Below are positions 20,090 through 30,277 of a DNA stretch of 64,000 bases, in pieces. How positions within the stretch are numbered: the stretch's first letter is position 1; each line of letters starts with the position of its first letter. The notes below the pieces were generated by a model, which saw only the letters and a list, made by a program, of their open reading frames with translations, did no database searches and was not told where the DNA came from. The position numbers and the translations under genes were made by a program. The DNA is from an uncultured delta proteobacterium (lineage in GTDB: Bacteria > Desulfobacterota > Binatia > HRBIN30 > BPIQ01): contig CAVXGR010000008.1 of assembly GCA_963761335.1 (NCBI GenBank), forward strand, positions 1 through 64,000. Reading direction: 5' to 3'.

Positions 20090-21778
20090 ATGAAGACCAC
20101 CGGGGCGCAGCTGATCACCGCGCTTCTCGAGCGGCAGGGCATCGAGGTCATTGCCGGCATTCCGGGCGGGGCCAACCTGCCCATGTACGATGCGCTCGGT
20201 GCCAGCCGTATCCGCCACGTGCTGGCGCGTCACGAGCAAGGGGCCGGCTTCATCGCCCAGGGAATGGCGCGGGTGTCCGGCCGCCCTGCCGTCTGCTTCG
20301 GCACGTCCGGACCGGGCGCCACCAATCTGCTGACCGCGATCGCCGATGCCAAGCTCGACTCGGTGCCGCTGGTCGCCGTCACCGGGCAGGTGCCGCAGGC
20401 GATGATCGGCACCGATGCCTTCCAGGAGATCGACACCTACGGTCTCACCGTGCCGATCGCCAAGCACAACTACCTGGTGCGCTCGGTGGCGGAGCTGCTC
20501 GAGGTGATTCCCGATGCCTTTCGCGTCGCCATGTCGGGGCGGCCGGGTCCGGTGGTGGTCGACGTTCCCAAGGACGTGCAGGCCGGGACGGCGGAGATCG
20601 AGTCCCTGCCGCCACCCGGCGGCGCGGATGCGCCGCCGCGCTTCGCCGCCGCCGATCTCGGCGCGGCTGCGGCTCTGATCGCCGAATCGCGGCGGCCGCT
20701 GCTTCTGGTCGGCGCCGGCGTGATCACCGCCGGAGCCTCGCCGGCACTGCGCCAGCTCGCCGAGACGCAATCCATTCCGGTGGCCGCCACGCTTCTCGGG
20801 CTGGGGGCCATCCCGGCCACCCATCCGCTGTCGCTGGGAATGGTCGGCATGCACGCGGCGCGCTACACCAACCTGCTGCTCGAGGAGTGCGATCTGCTGA
20901 TCGCCATCGGCGTGCGCTTCGACGATCGGGCCACCGGCAAGGCGGCGGCCTTCTGCCCGCAGGCGAAGATCCTGCACGTGGACATTGACGCCAGCGAGCT
21001 CGGCAAGATCAAGCAGCCGTTCCTCGGTATCGAGGCCGACGCCGGCGAATGGTTGGCGGCCCTCATGCCGATGCTGCCGGCGCGAGGGCGCTGCGACTGG
21101 CTGGCGCGCGTCGAGCAGCTGCGCGCCGCGCACCCGCTGCTCACGCCCGGTGGCGACGATCCGCTGCAGCCGTATGGCATCGTGCGCCGTACGGCCTCGC
21201 TTGCCGGTGACGACGCCGTGGTCACCAGCGACGTCGGTCAGCACCAGATGTGGGCGGCGCAGGCGTTCCCCTTCTCGCGGCCGCGCCAGTGGCTCACCTC
21301 CGGCGGTCTCGGCACCATGGGCTTCGGTCTGCCCGCCGCCATCGGCGCGGCGCTGGCGGAGCCCGAGCGGCCGGTCGTCTGCTTCACCGGCGACGGCAGT
21401 CTGCTGATGAACATTCAGGAGCTGGCCACCGCCGCCGAGCTCGGGGTGAACGTCAAGATCGTCCTGCTCGACAACGGCCATCTCGGGCTCGTGCGCCAGC
21501 AGCAGCAGCTCTTCTACGGCGGCCGCTATCACGCCTCCCGCTTTCACAGCGAGCCCGACTTCGCGGCCATCGCCCGCGGCTTCGGCATCGCCGCCGTCGA
21601 GCTCGGTGCCGCGGCCGATCCTCTGGCGGCCCTCGCGACCGCCCTGCGCCAGCCGGGTCCATGTCTGGTGCGCGTGCCGATCGGGGCCGAGGAGAACGTC
21701 TATCCGATGGTGCCGCCAGGCGCCGCCAACCGCGACATGATCATCGAGGGGGAGAGCCATGCAGCCGCTCGCGCCTGA
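20090..21778 (+). CDS. ilvB: Acetohydroxyacid synthase large subunit (isozyme I-like)
   Basis: [29 protein letters not shown] ThDP motif, [11 protein letters not shown]. Confidence 0.95.
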   Translation: MKTTGAQLITALLERQGIEVIAGIPGGANLPMYDALGASRIRHVLARHEQGAGFIAQGMARVSGRPAVCFGTSGPGATNLLTAIADAKLDSVPLVAVTGQVPQAMIGTDAFQEIDTYGLTVPIAKHNYLVRSVAELLEVIPDAFRVAMSGRPGPVVVDVPKDVQAGTAEIESLPPPGGADAPPRFAAADLGAAAALIAESRRPLLLVGAGVITAGASPALRQLAETQSIPVAATLLGLGAIPATHPLSLGMVGMHAARYTNLLLEECDLLIAIGVRFDDRATGKAAAFCPQAKILHVDIDASELGKIKQPFLGIEADAGEWLAALMPMLPARGRCDWLARVEQLRAAHPLLTPGGDDPLQPYGIVRRTASLAGDDAVVTSDVGQHQMWAAQAFPFSRPRQWLTSGGLGTMGFGLPAAIGAALAEPERPVVCFTGDGSLLMNIQELATAAELGVNVKIVLLDNGHLGLVRQQQQLFYGGRYHASRFHSEPDFAAIARGFGIAAVELGAAADPLAALATALRQPGPCLVRVPIGAEENVYPMVPPGAANRDMIIEGESHAAARA

Positions 21779-22079
21779 AATCGGCGATGCCGTCACCGTC
21801 CCGCGAGCCGGCGCCGTCCTGCGCCTGCTGGTTCGCAATCACCCCGGGGTGATGTCGCACGTCTGCGGTCTCTTCGCCCGGCGCGCCTTCAACGTCGAGG
21901 GAATTCTCTGCCTGCCGGAGAAGGGCGGCAGCCGCAGCGTGATCCTCCTCCTGGTGAACGAGGACGCGCGTCTCGAGCAGGTGATCCGGCAGCTGCGCAA
22001 GCTCGAGGACGTCATCGAGATCCACCGCGATGCGGAGGCGACGGGGGCCTTTGCCGCTGTCGGCGGATGGTTGCGTTGA
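21759..22079 (+). CDS. ilvN: Acetohydroxyacid synthase I small subunit
   Basis: [29 protein letters not shown]; short single ACT domain. Confidence 0.92.
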   Translation: MQPLAPEIGDAVTVPRAGAVLRLLVRNHPGVMSHVCGLFARRAFNVEGILCLPEKGGSRSVILLLVNEDARLEQVIRQLRKLEDVIEIHRDAEATGAFAAVGGWLR

Positions 22080-22089
22080 GCCGCCGCTG

Positions 22090-23313
22090 TCAGCTGACGC
22101 GGTCGCCGGCGCCGGCGATGGCGATCTCCGGCGCCGGCCGCGTCTCGCGGGCGAGCAGCAGGAACGCCGGCGCGGTGACCACCAGCAGCGCCGCGGAGAC
22201 GCCCCAGGCGACGGGGATCCCACCGGCGCGCGCCAGCAAACCGAGGCAGAGGAGTCCGAGGCCGCCACCGAGGGTGAACGACATGGAGCGCACCGACAGC
22301 ACGGTGGCGCGCAGATCCGACTCGGCGTGCTCGTTCATCCACCCCTGCAGCGTCGGCTCGATCAGGCCGAAGGTCCCCTGCAGCACCACCAGGGCGAGGA
22401 GCGCCGGCAGGAACTTCGGCGAGAGCACCGCGAAGGCGAGCATGCCGCCGCGCCAGAACGAAGCGATCCCCAGGACGCGCTCGCGCCGGAAGCGCGGGAT
22501 GAGGCGCGGCATGAGGCCGTTTCCGGCCATCGCCGCGAGGGTCACCAGCGCCCACACCCAGCCGAGCAGCCAGGTGCGCTCTCCGGAGAGCTCCTGCAGG
22601 CGCACCGGCCAGTAGTGCCAGGTGGGCATCACGGCAAAGGAGATTGCCGCGGTCAGCGCGCAGAGCAACTGCAGCACGGGGGCGCGGCGCACCGCCTGAA
22701 TGCCGTCGCGGGTGGTGCGCAGCCACGACGCCAGCACGCCCGAAGGGCGCGGCGGCCGCTCTCCCTCGCGCATCAGCAGCAGGGCCACTGCGGCGGTGAC
22801 GGCAAAGCCGGTGGCGCCGCAGATCCACGGGGTGGAGATGTTGGCGTCGGCGATGTAGGCGCCCGCCACGCCGCTGACGATCATCAGTGGGCTGGCGAGC
22901 ATCTGGGCGCGGGCGAAGACGCGTGCGGCCGGGCGGGCGTTGTCCTCGGCGCGCATGCCGTCGACCACCCAGGCGTCGAGGGCGCCGCTGGCCAGTGTCG
23001 TCCCCAGGGCATCGACGAACTCGGCGACGATGCAGTCGGCGAACCCCTGCGCGAACCAGTACATGCCGAAGGCCAGACAGCGCAGCGCGCAGCTCAGCAG
23101 GAAGGAGGTGCGGCGGCCGACGATGTCGGCGAGCGCCCCGGTGGGGACCTCGAAGGCGAACGCCCCAATCAGGTAGACGGCGAAGACCACGTTGATCTGA
23201 AAGAGGTCGAGGCCGCGGCTCAGCAGGAACAGCGGATAGACCGGCGTCAGGAACGCCCACGACGAGCAGTAGAGGGCGAACAGAAGGTAGTATGTGCGTT
23301 CGCTGCGGGTCAT
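22090..23313 (-). CDS. MFS transporter
   Basis: FEVPTGALADIVGRRTS motif A; many hydrophobic helices; RATVLSV. Confidence 0.92.
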   Translation of the reverse strand: MTRSERTYYLLFALYCSSWAFLTPVYPLFLLSRGLDLFQINVVFAVYLIGAFAFEVPTGALADIVGRRTSFLLSCALRCLAFGMYWFAQGFADCIVAEFVDALGTTLASGALDAWVVDGMRAEDNARPAARVFARAQMLASPLMIVSGVAGAYIADANISTPWICGATGFAVTAAVALLLMREGERPPRPSGVLASWLRTTRDGIQAVRRAPVLQLLCALTAAISFAVMPTWHYWPVRLQELSGERTWLLGWVWALVTLAAMAGNGLMPRLIPRFRRERVLGIASFWRGGMLAFAVLSPKFLPALLALVVLQGTFGLIEPTLQGWMNEHAESDLRATVLSVRSMSFTLGGGLGLLCLGLLARAGGIPVAWGVSAALLVVTAPAFLLLARETRPAPEIAIAGAGDRVS

Positions 23314-23529
23314 CGGCCGAAAGGAAGCGAGAATACTCCGGCGTGGCCGACGGGCTCAATCGGCAAGATGTGGGGACGTGTCCACGATCGTGCTAGGGCG
23401 CCTGGTTCGCCGCGTCCGCGATGCGCAAGTGAGCGAACCTCCAGCCGAGCACGAGGCGCTGGAAGTGAGGGGACTTCTACCGGTTGCTGGAGGAAGAGGC
23501 CTGCCGGAGCAAGGCGCTCGCAGCGCGCC

Positions 23530-23874
23530 TCAAGGCCCCGAAGATCCTTGGCTTCGACACACGACCCTTCCCGTGTACGGCGAGTAGATGTTGATGTAGA
23601 AGCTTGCGAGGGACTCGATCAATCCCTGAACGAAGGTCTGTCCCGTTTCGATGCGGTCGATCTGGTCCGCACCGCCGCAGATCTCTGCGGCCCTGATGAT
23701 CTTCCTGTTCGGCACCCACCCGTAGACGAAGAAGTGTTGCCATCCCTTGCCGTTGCCCGCGGCGCTGGCGGGGACTCCTTCCTGCGGCGGGGGTGGTGGA
23801 CCGAGATGCTGGTACGTCGCCTGATAACACCCCGCGCAGCATGCCAGGAGGACGAGAACGAGGACCCTGCTCAT
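23530..23874 (-). CDS. Bor/Iss-like lipoprotein
   Basis: Lipobox LLACCAG-C; HFFVYGW...AAEICGG...QTFVQGL...IYSPYTGRVVC. Confidence 0.75.
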   Translation of the reverse strand: MSRVLVLVLLACCAGCYQATYQHLGPPPPPQEGVPASAAGNGKGWQHFFVYGWVPNRKIIRAAEICGGADQIDRIETGQTFVQGLIESLASFYINIYSPYTGRVVCRSQGSSGP

Positions 23875-24218
23875 TGCGGTACCTCTGCTCCGGACGCGCG
23901 GCAGTAATAGGTGCTCGAGCGGGGCGCCCAGATGCCCAGCGTCACCAGATCGCCCAGGCCATCGAGAAACGTGGTCTCCTCCATGACCGCCAACGCCCCC
24001 TGTGGGCATTTCTCGCGTATGTCGATCGTCCGATGCGGCGTCAGTCCCCAGAAGAAGTACGACTTGCGCTCCTCGCGCACCTGAGCGGGCGGCGCGCCGG
24101 CCTGGATAAGTCCCTCCACCGGAATGTCGCCGGTCTCGAAGTACATCGTGTGACATCCGCCGGCAGCGAGGGCCGCCGCCAGCGCGGCCGTGAGCATTCC
24201 GCGCGAAATCATCGTCAC
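23871..24218 (-). CDS. Bor/Iss-like lipoprotein
   Basis: Lipobox LAAGG-C; YFFWGL...C...TTFLDGL...TLGIWAPRS...C. Confidence 0.75.
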   Translation of the reverse strand: MTMISRGMLTAALAAALAAGGCHTMYFETGDIPVEGLIQAGAPPAQVREERKSYFFWGLTPHRTIDIREKCPQGALAVMEETTFLDGLGDLVTLGIWAPRSSTYYCRASGAEVPQ

Positions 24219-24442
24219 TCCCTCCCTCTCCGTTTGAAGCTCGAGCTGCGAAACCTACTTCGCGGCCAGCGCCTTTGCTGGGTCGCCAGTTTGCATTGCG
24301 CAGCCTCTGGAGAACCCATCGGTGGGACTTCACATATTGGGCTCCACAGATTCAATTCGTACTTTCCCCAATGTCGCAAAGATGACGGGCACGACTCCGT
24401 TTGCGAAACGCGCCGAGAGGCTGCCGGGCGGAGGGAGTCGCG

Positions 24443-24825
24443 CTAGGGTGCGCTCATCCACTCCGCCGGCGTTTTGGCCACGCCGTCGCGAACGCTCCAG
24501 GCGACGGCCTCGAGCACGCGGTCGGCCGTCAGGAAGTGGCGCGCGATCCAGGCGCGCGTGAACGGGAAGGTCCACGGCAACACCGAGAGGGTGCTCACCT
24601 GATAGGCGCCGCTCTGCACGAGCTCGGTGATGAAGCGGTCCGAGAGATCCGGCTCGCTCCCGAAAGTACGGATCTGCATCGCCGCGTGCATGAGGGCGTG
24701 CGCGCCGAAGCGGCCGAGTGCCTGGTGCTGGGCCGCCTCGGTCATCGCGTGAACGTAGACCGGGAGGCCGCGTTGCGTGCGCCCCTCACCAGCGCGTCAC
24801 GCAGCTCCGCGGAGAAGGCGTGCAG
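24443..24825 (-). pseudogene. Frameshifted internal fragment, probably amidohydrolase superfamily
   Basis: LHAFSAELRDALVRGAR / frameshift near 24775 / QRGLPVYVHAMTEA...GAHALMH...GAYQVSTLSV; cut off upstream by a REP cluster. Confidence 0.4.
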
Positions 24826-24990
24826 CCCCGGGTGCAGAGGCCTGTGTCAAAACCGCGCCCGCGCCCCCGGGTGGGGCGCCAACGGAGGTCGGCTTCGGGA
24901 TCCCCGGGTCTCCGACCCGGGGCTACATGCCTGCGCCCCTCCGGGGCGAATGATCTCCGAGCTCCCGGCCAAGGGTGCAACCGGGGGAAG
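24822..24990. repeat. REP-like cluster (same family as 9938)
   Basis: AGCCCCGGGTGCA; CCCGGGGCTACATGCCTGCGCCCCTCCGGGGCG; GGGTGCAACCGGGG. Confidence 0.7.
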
Positions 24991-25118
24991 TCGGGTTCAA
25001 CTCGACGAAACGGGGGCTGTGGTGGATCGAAATTGACCGCGTTTCATTTCAAAATCCCCCACTACCGCACGGGGAGAAGACTTTCCTCTTCTGCTCGCCG
25101 TGATAGCCTGGCGCGGCA

Positions 25119-25739
25119 ATGGAGCCAGTGCGGCTGATCGTCTACTCGGACTACCTCTGCCCGTGGTGCTACAACGCCGCGGTGCGGCTGCGGCGCCTCG
25201 AGGAGGAGCTCGGCGATCGCGTCGCCATCGAGTGGCGCAGCTTTCTCCTGCGGCCGCGGCCCGACCCGCGCCGCACGCTGGAGAAATTTCGCGCCTACAC
25301 CGAGTCGTGGCGGCGGCCGGCGGCCGAGGCCGACAGCGGCAGCTTCCGCGTCTGGGCCACCGACGCCGGGCCGCCGTCGCACAGCGTGCCGCCGCATCTG
25401 GTCGCCAAGGCGGCGGCGTCGATCAGCGGCGATGCCTTCCGGCGCATGCACGAAAGGCTCTTGGAAGCCTACTTTGCCGAGAACCAGGACATCACCGATT
25501 CGGAGACACTCCTCGGCCTGTGGTGCGAGGTCGGGCTGCGACGCGAGAATTTCGCCCGCGCCGGCGATCCCGCGGTTCTCCGGCAGGTGCTGGAGCAGCA
25601 CAACGAGGCCATCGAGATCGGGGTCACCGGCGTGCCCGCGGTGCGCGCCGACGGCAACCCGGCGGCGATCACCGGAGCACACCCGATCGACTTCTACCGC
25701 CGCTGGATTCACAAGCTGGAGAGCGCCGAAGGGCTGTAG
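25119..25739 (+). CDS. DsbA/FrnE-family thiol oxidoreductase
   Basis: YSDYLCPWCY, GVTGVP, ITGAHP. Confidence 0.9.
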   Translation: MEPVRLIVYSDYLCPWCYNAAVRLRRLEEELGDRVAIEWRSFLLRPRPDPRRTLEKFRAYTESWRRPAAEADSGSFRVWATDAGPPSHSVPPHLVAKAAASISGDAFRRMHERLLEAYFAENQDITDSETLLGLWCEVGLRRENFARAGDPAVLRQVLEQHNEAIEIGVTGVPAVRADGNPAAITGAHPIDFYRRWIHKLESAEGL

Positions 25740-25748
25740 GAGGGACGT

Positions 25749-26813
25749 ATGCACGTCGGCATGGGAAGCATCTTTCAGAACCCGCACTTCGAGCGCAGCG
25801 ATCTCGAGGTGTATCGCAACGAGCTGCGCCTCGCCGATCTGGCCGAGCCGCTCGGCTTCGAGTCGGTGTGGAGCGTCGAGCACCACTTCACCGACTACAC
25901 CATGTGCCCCGACGTCCTGCAGTTCCTCACCTACATGGCCGGCCGCACACAGCGCGCCCAGCTCGGCTCGATGGTGGTGGTGCTGCCGTGGCACGACCCG
26001 CTGCGGGTCGCCGAGCAGGTGTCGATGCTCGACAACATCTCCGGCGGACGGGTGCTGCTGGGCATCGGGCGCGGCCTTGGACGTGTCGAGTTCGAGGGCT
26101 TTCGCGTCCCCATGGCCGAGTCGCGCCAGCGTTTCGTGGAAAGTGCCCGCATGATCCTCGAGGGGCTGGAGACGGGCACGGTGGAGTACCAGGGCGAGCT
26201 CATCCAGCAGCCGCGGAAGGCCATTCACCCGGCGCCGTTCAAGTCGTTCAAGGGCCGCACCTGGGCGGCGGCGGTGTCGCCCGAGTCGGCGCGCATCATG
26301 GCGGAGCTCGGCGTCGGCATTCTGATCATTCCGCAGAAGCCGTGGGAGTCGGTTGCCGAGGAGCTCGCCATGTACCGAGGCATCTACCGGGAGGTGAACG
26401 GCGCCGAGGCCCCACCACCGGTGGCGGCGTGCTGGACCTACTGCGACGAGGACGGCGAGCGCGCCCGCGACATGGCGCACCGGTACATCGGCGGCTACTA
26501 CGACACGGTCGTGCGCCACTACGAGTTCGGCAGCGCGCACTTCGCAGCTACGAAGGGCTACGAGTACTACGGCAAGATCTCGGCGACGGTGAACAAGGCC
26601 GGCGCCGAGGCGGCGCGCGACATGTTCACCGGATTGCAGGTGTGGGGCACGCCGCGGCAGTGCCGCGAGAAGATTCTCGACATCCGCGAGCGCCTCGGCT
26701 GCGAGACGCTGGTGGGCGTGTTCAGCTATGCCGGCATGCCCTGGGAGCAGGCCGAGCGCAGCATGCGGCTGTTCGCCGGCGCGGTGATGCCCGAGCTGCA
26801 GGCGATGGGGTAG
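25749..26813 (+). CDS. LLM-class flavin-dependent oxidoreductase
   Basis: GFESVWSVEHHF, HDPLRVAEQVSMLDNISGGRVLLGIGRG. Confidence 0.93.
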   Translation: MHVGMGSIFQNPHFERSDLEVYRNELRLADLAEPLGFESVWSVEHHFTDYTMCPDVLQFLTYMAGRTQRAQLGSMVVVLPWHDPLRVAEQVSMLDNISGGRVLLGIGRGLGRVEFEGFRVPMAESRQRFVESARMILEGLETGTVEYQGELIQQPRKAIHPAPFKSFKGRTWAAAVSPESARIMAELGVGILIIPQKPWESVAEELAMYRGIYREVNGAEAPPPVAACWTYCDEDGERARDMAHRYIGGYYDTVVRHYEFGSAHFAATKGYEYYGKISATVNKAGAEAARDMFTGLQVWGTPRQCREKILDIRERLGCETLVGVFSYAGMPWEQAERSMRLFAGAVMPELQAMG

Positions 26814-26904
26814 GGGACAGGCTCCTTTTCGGCGCAAGGAAGATTCAGCGAAGGATTCTGACTCTCCCCGGCGAAAAGGTGCCTGCTTCGAACATCTGTT
26901 GGGT

Positions 26905-27232
26905 GAAGGTCTGGCGGAGCCTCGGCACTTGGTGTGGAGGCTTATCGCCCCGGAAGGTCTGGCGGAGCCCCGGGGCTTGGTGTGGAGATTATCGCCCCGG
27001 AGGGGCGCGGGCGTGTAGCCCCGGGTGCCAACCCGGGGACCGCGTTCCGATTGGCCCAGATCAGCGCCCCGGAGGGGCGCGGGCATGTAGCCCCGGGTGT
27101 TAACCCGGGGACCGCGTTCCGATTGGCCCAGATCAGCGCCCCGGAGGGGCGCGGGCATGTAGCCCCGGGTGTTAACCCGGGGACCGCGTTCCGATTGGCC
27201 CAGATCAGCGCCCCGGAGGGGCGCAGGCATAG
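26905..27232. repeat. Tandem repeats: two ~48-bp units then three-plus 72-bp REP-containing units
   Basis: CGCCCCGGAGGGGCG starts at 26993, 27065, 27137 and 27209 (72-bp period); GAAGGTCTGGCGGAGCC at 26905 and 26953. Confidence 0.9.
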
Positions 27233-27316
27233 AGGCCGCGTGAATCACCTCGATGAGCTTCCCACGCACCCAGCGGTGATCATCGGCCTACAGGCGTGAC
27301 ATCGACGAAAACTTGC

Positions 27317-27404
27317 CCGCGCCCCTGGCGGGGCGCGCCTGACGGAGCGCGCATTTTTCCCCGGGTTTTCACCCGGGGCTACACGCCACCGCCCCTCCGG
27401 GGCG
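27317..27404. repeat. Inverted copy of the REP-like unit
   Basis: CCCCGGGTTTTCACCCGGGGCTACACGCCACCGCCCCTCCGGGGCG. Confidence 0.75.
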
Positions 27405-27501
27405 AACTTCGCCCAGGCGAGAACCGCCAAATCTCTCTACGGGGCAGGTCCCCAGCCTCATTTTCATGAGCCGCAGGCTCATGGACGCACTGTCCCCACT
27501 C

Positions 27502-28458
27502 TCAGCGCTTCGCCTCGACGTGAATGGTGATGTTCTCGGGTGGGATGCCGAAGCGGCTCTCCAGGCGGCCCTCGATCTCCTCGGTGAGCTGGTGCGCCTG
27601 GGCGGCGTCGGCGGCGTCCGCGGGGTGAATGCGGCACTCGACGTAGGCGCGGGAGCCCTCGCCGCGATGGCGGAGGCGATCGCAGCCGGCGACCCCGGGC
27701 ACCGCGAGGATCTCCTGGCGGATCTTCTCCAGCGGAATGCGGGCCGCGTCGATGAGCACCGGCACGGTGCGGGCGAAGGCGAGAAAGCCGATGCGGGCGA
27801 TGAAGACCACCACCAGCAGCGTCGCCAGCGGGTCGGCGCTGGGATAGCCCATCTTTACGAAGCCCCAGCTGGCGATCACGGCGAGAGTCACCAGGATGTC
27901 ACTGCGCGTGTGCGCCGCATCGGCGAGGAGGAAATCACTCCCCAGCTCGCGGCCGCGCCGCTGCTCCCACTGCGAGACGCCGATGTTGACCAGCAGAGTC
28001 GCCAGCATCACCGACGGCACCAGCAGATCGTCCGGGAGGCGCGTGGGCATGCCGGCGGCCAGACGGGAGACGGCGGCGCGCGCCAGCTCGAAGGCAGTGA
28101 CACAGATGAGCCCCGCGACGCCGAAGGCGGCCAGGGTCTCGATCTTGCCGTGGCCGTACGGATGCTCGCGGTCGGGAGGCGCCGCCGCATAGGCCAGAGC
28201 CACGAGGCCGACGATGTTGTTGATGCCGTCGATCAGCGAATGCAGCGCATCGCCCTGCACGGCAAGGCTCCCGGCGATGAGGCCGGCGACCAGCTTGGCG
28301 GCGGCCACGGAGAGATTGAGGAACAGGCCGATCCACAGCACCCGCCGCACGGCGCGGGTTCTCGACCCGCCGGCAGGCCGCGCCGGGCGCACCCGCTTTC
28401 CCGGGGCAGACGCCCTCGCCCGCGAAGGGCCGGCAGCGTGGCTCGTGAACATTGCCAT
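27502..28458 (-). CDS. Cation diffusion facilitator (FieF-like)
   Basis: DALHSLID, PPDREHPYGHGKIE, ADAAHTRSD, ITIHVE; start uncertain. Confidence 0.92.
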   Translation of the reverse strand: MAMFTSHAAGPSRARASAPGKRVRPARPAGGSRTRAVRRVLWIGLFLNLSVAAAKLVAGLIAGSLAVQGDALHSLIDGINNIVGLVALAYAAAPPDREHPYGHGKIETLAAFGVAGLICVTAFELARAAVSRLAAGMPTRLPDDLLVPSVMLATLLVNIGVSQWEQRRGRELGSDFLLADAAHTRSDILVTLAVIASWGFVKMGYPSADPLATLLVVVFIARIGFLAFARTVPVLIDAARIPLEKIRQEILAVPGVAGCDRLRHRGEGSRAYVECRIHPADAADAAQAHQLTEEIEGRLESRFGIPPENITIHVEAKR

Positions 28459-28661
28459 GAGCAGCGCGGTCTGCGACTTGCATTCCAGCAAGTCGAGGGG
28501 GGATTTCTCCTGCCGTTTCGGTCATCTCTTCCGCGGTCTTGGAAGGGAGCAGTGCCCTCGCTTTGCAAGTGTTGGAAAATGCCCGGGGGGATGGATCACC
28601 CTCGCTTTTGGTCGTACGGATGGGAGAGATGGCCTCCGCGCGGAGGCAAGAGGCAACGCAC

Positions 28662-29261
28662 ATGCTCGTACGCGATCGGATGAGCCGCAAATTGGTGCAC
28701 GTCGAGCCCGAGACGACGCCGGCGAAGGCGGCGGCCCTGCTGAAGCGCAATCGCATCCGGCATCTGCCGGTGATGCGCAGGGAGCGCCTGGTCGGCATCG
28801 TCACCGCCGGCGACCTGCGAGCTGCCCGCAAGGACGCCGCCGCAGTCAAGGAGGTGATGACCCCGAACCCGGTCACCATCTCCCCGGACGCCGCCGTCGA
28901 CGAGGCGGCACGGATCCTGCGCGACCGCAAGCTCAACGGTCTCCCGGTGGTCGAGGGAGGCCGGGTGCTGGGGATCCTGACCGTCTCCGACGTCCTCGAC
29001 GCCTTCGTGGCGCTCTCCGGGGTCGCCGAATCCACCTATCGCTTTACCGTCGAGGGCGCGGCGACGCGGGCGGCGACTGCCGAGATCCGCAGGATCGTCG
29101 AGCGCGCCCGGGGCGAGCTGCGCTGGTTGCACACCGATGCGCGCCACGGCCAGATTCACCTGCGCCTGAAGGTGCGGGACGTCGAGGAGTTGCGTGCCGC
29201 GCTCGAGGCCGGTGGCTTCGAGGTGACCGCCATCGTCGCCCCCGGACCCGGCCGGGGTTGA
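28662..29261 (+). CDS. CBS-pair protein with C-terminal ACT-like domain (AcuB-like)
   Basis: IRHLPV...LVGIVT; MTPNPVTI...LPVV...LGILT. Confidence 0.85.
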   Translation: MLVRDRMSRKLVHVEPETTPAKAAALLKRNRIRHLPVMRRERLVGIVTAGDLRAARKDAAAVKEVMTPNPVTISPDAAVDEAARILRDRKLNGLPVVEGGRVLGILTVSDVLDAFVALSGVAESTYRFTVEGAATRAATAEIRRIVERARGELRWLHTDARHGQIHLRLKVRDVEELRAALEAGGFEVTAIVAPGPGRG

Positions 29262-29424
29262 CTGCCCCGGGAAGCGCCCTTTTTCACGCGTTGGGGAAAG
29301 CAGACCCACTGAAGTCGCACCTTTGCCAAAACGGTCCGCCCTCAGGGCTGCCCGGCGGTCCTGCCTCCCGCTCCTCCCCGCTTGGCAGGGAAATTGCCGG
29401 TCATGGTGGGCGGAGGTACCGAAG

Positions 29425-29874
29425 ATGCAAGTCGAGAGCTGGATGACACGCAAGATCTGTGTCGTTAAGCCGTTGGATACGATCGAACATGCCCGCGAGA
29501 TCATGGAGAGTCATCGCGTCAACCAGCTCCCGGTTGTCGTCAACGGCCACGTGGTCGGTATCATCACCGATCGCGACGTCCGCGACGCGTTTCCCTCGGT
29601 GTTCGACGAGACGCCGGTGGGTTCGCATCGCGCCAAGGAGACTCACTCCGATCCGAAGCAAATCAAGGTGGAGATGGTGATGACGCCGCACGTGCTGACT
29701 CTCGGCCCCAAGGCGACGGTCACCGAAGCCGCCCGCCTGATGCGCTCCGAGCGCATCGGCGCCGTTCCCATCGTCGATGGAGAACGCCTGGTCGGAATCG
29801 TCACCCGCAGCGACCTGCTCGACGCCCTGGTGACCCTGGCGGAATCCACGGCCCAGGCCCCGGTGCCACTGTAG
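29425..29874 (+). CDS. CBS-pair protein
   Basis: VNQLPVV...VGIITDRDV; IGAVPIV...LVGIVTRSDL. Confidence 0.88.
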   Translation: MQVESWMTRKICVVKPLDTIEHAREIMESHRVNQLPVVVNGHVVGIITDRDVRDAFPSVFDETPVGSHRAKETHSDPKQIKVEMVMTPHVLTLGPKATVTEAARLMRSERIGAVPIVDGERLVGIVTRSDLLDALVTLAESTAQAPVPL

Positions 29875-29965
29875 GAGATCGCCCTCAGTGGCTCGATAAC
29901 CGAGCCCGAGCCACCAATCCGCGCCCTTCTTTCGCTATGGTGCTGCGAATGTTAGGCGATGGTGG

Positions 29966-30271
29966 ATGGCGAGCTCGCCCTTCCACATGGAGGTCAGCGA
30001 CGACGATATGCGCCGCGAGCGCGCTCGGGCGCGAGAGCTGCGGCAGACGACCTGGTGGAAGCGGCGCGTCTCCGCCGGCCGTTGCCATCACTGCGGGAAG
30101 CAGGTGCCGCCGCGCGAGCTGACCATGGATCACCTGGTGCCGCTGGCGCGCGGCGGGAGGTCGACGAAGGGAAACGTGGTGCCGGCCTGCAAGGAGTGCA
30201 ACACCGCCAAGCAGCATCGGTTGCCGTTCGAGTGGACACCGCCACCGGACGGCGAGCCCGGCGACGAGTGA
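29966..30271 (+). CDS. Small HNH endonuclease
   Basis: CHHC...LTMDHLVPLARGGRSTKGNVVPACKECN. Confidence 0.9.
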   Translation: MASSPFHMEVSDDDMRRERARARELRQTTWWKRRVSAGRCHHCGKQVPPRELTMDHLVPLARGGRSTKGNVVPACKECNTAKQHRLPFEWTPPPDGEPGDE

Positions 30272-30277
30272 TTGCGG

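Noticed and set aside
19730..21838. Long antisense and alternate-frame ORFs (also 39331-41583, 57303-59516, 30272-32344 and others)
   Set aside because: Shadow ORFs of real genes in high-GC DNA; Arg/Gly/Ala-rich with no recognisable motifs.
26993..27232. Possible CRISPR array
   Set aside because: The 72-bp units are near-identical end to end, with no unique spacers and no cas genes in the window.
29966..30271. HNH gene as a homing endonuclease or defence system
   Set aside because: Small stand-alone HNH among housekeeping genes, with no intron, methylase or partner visible.
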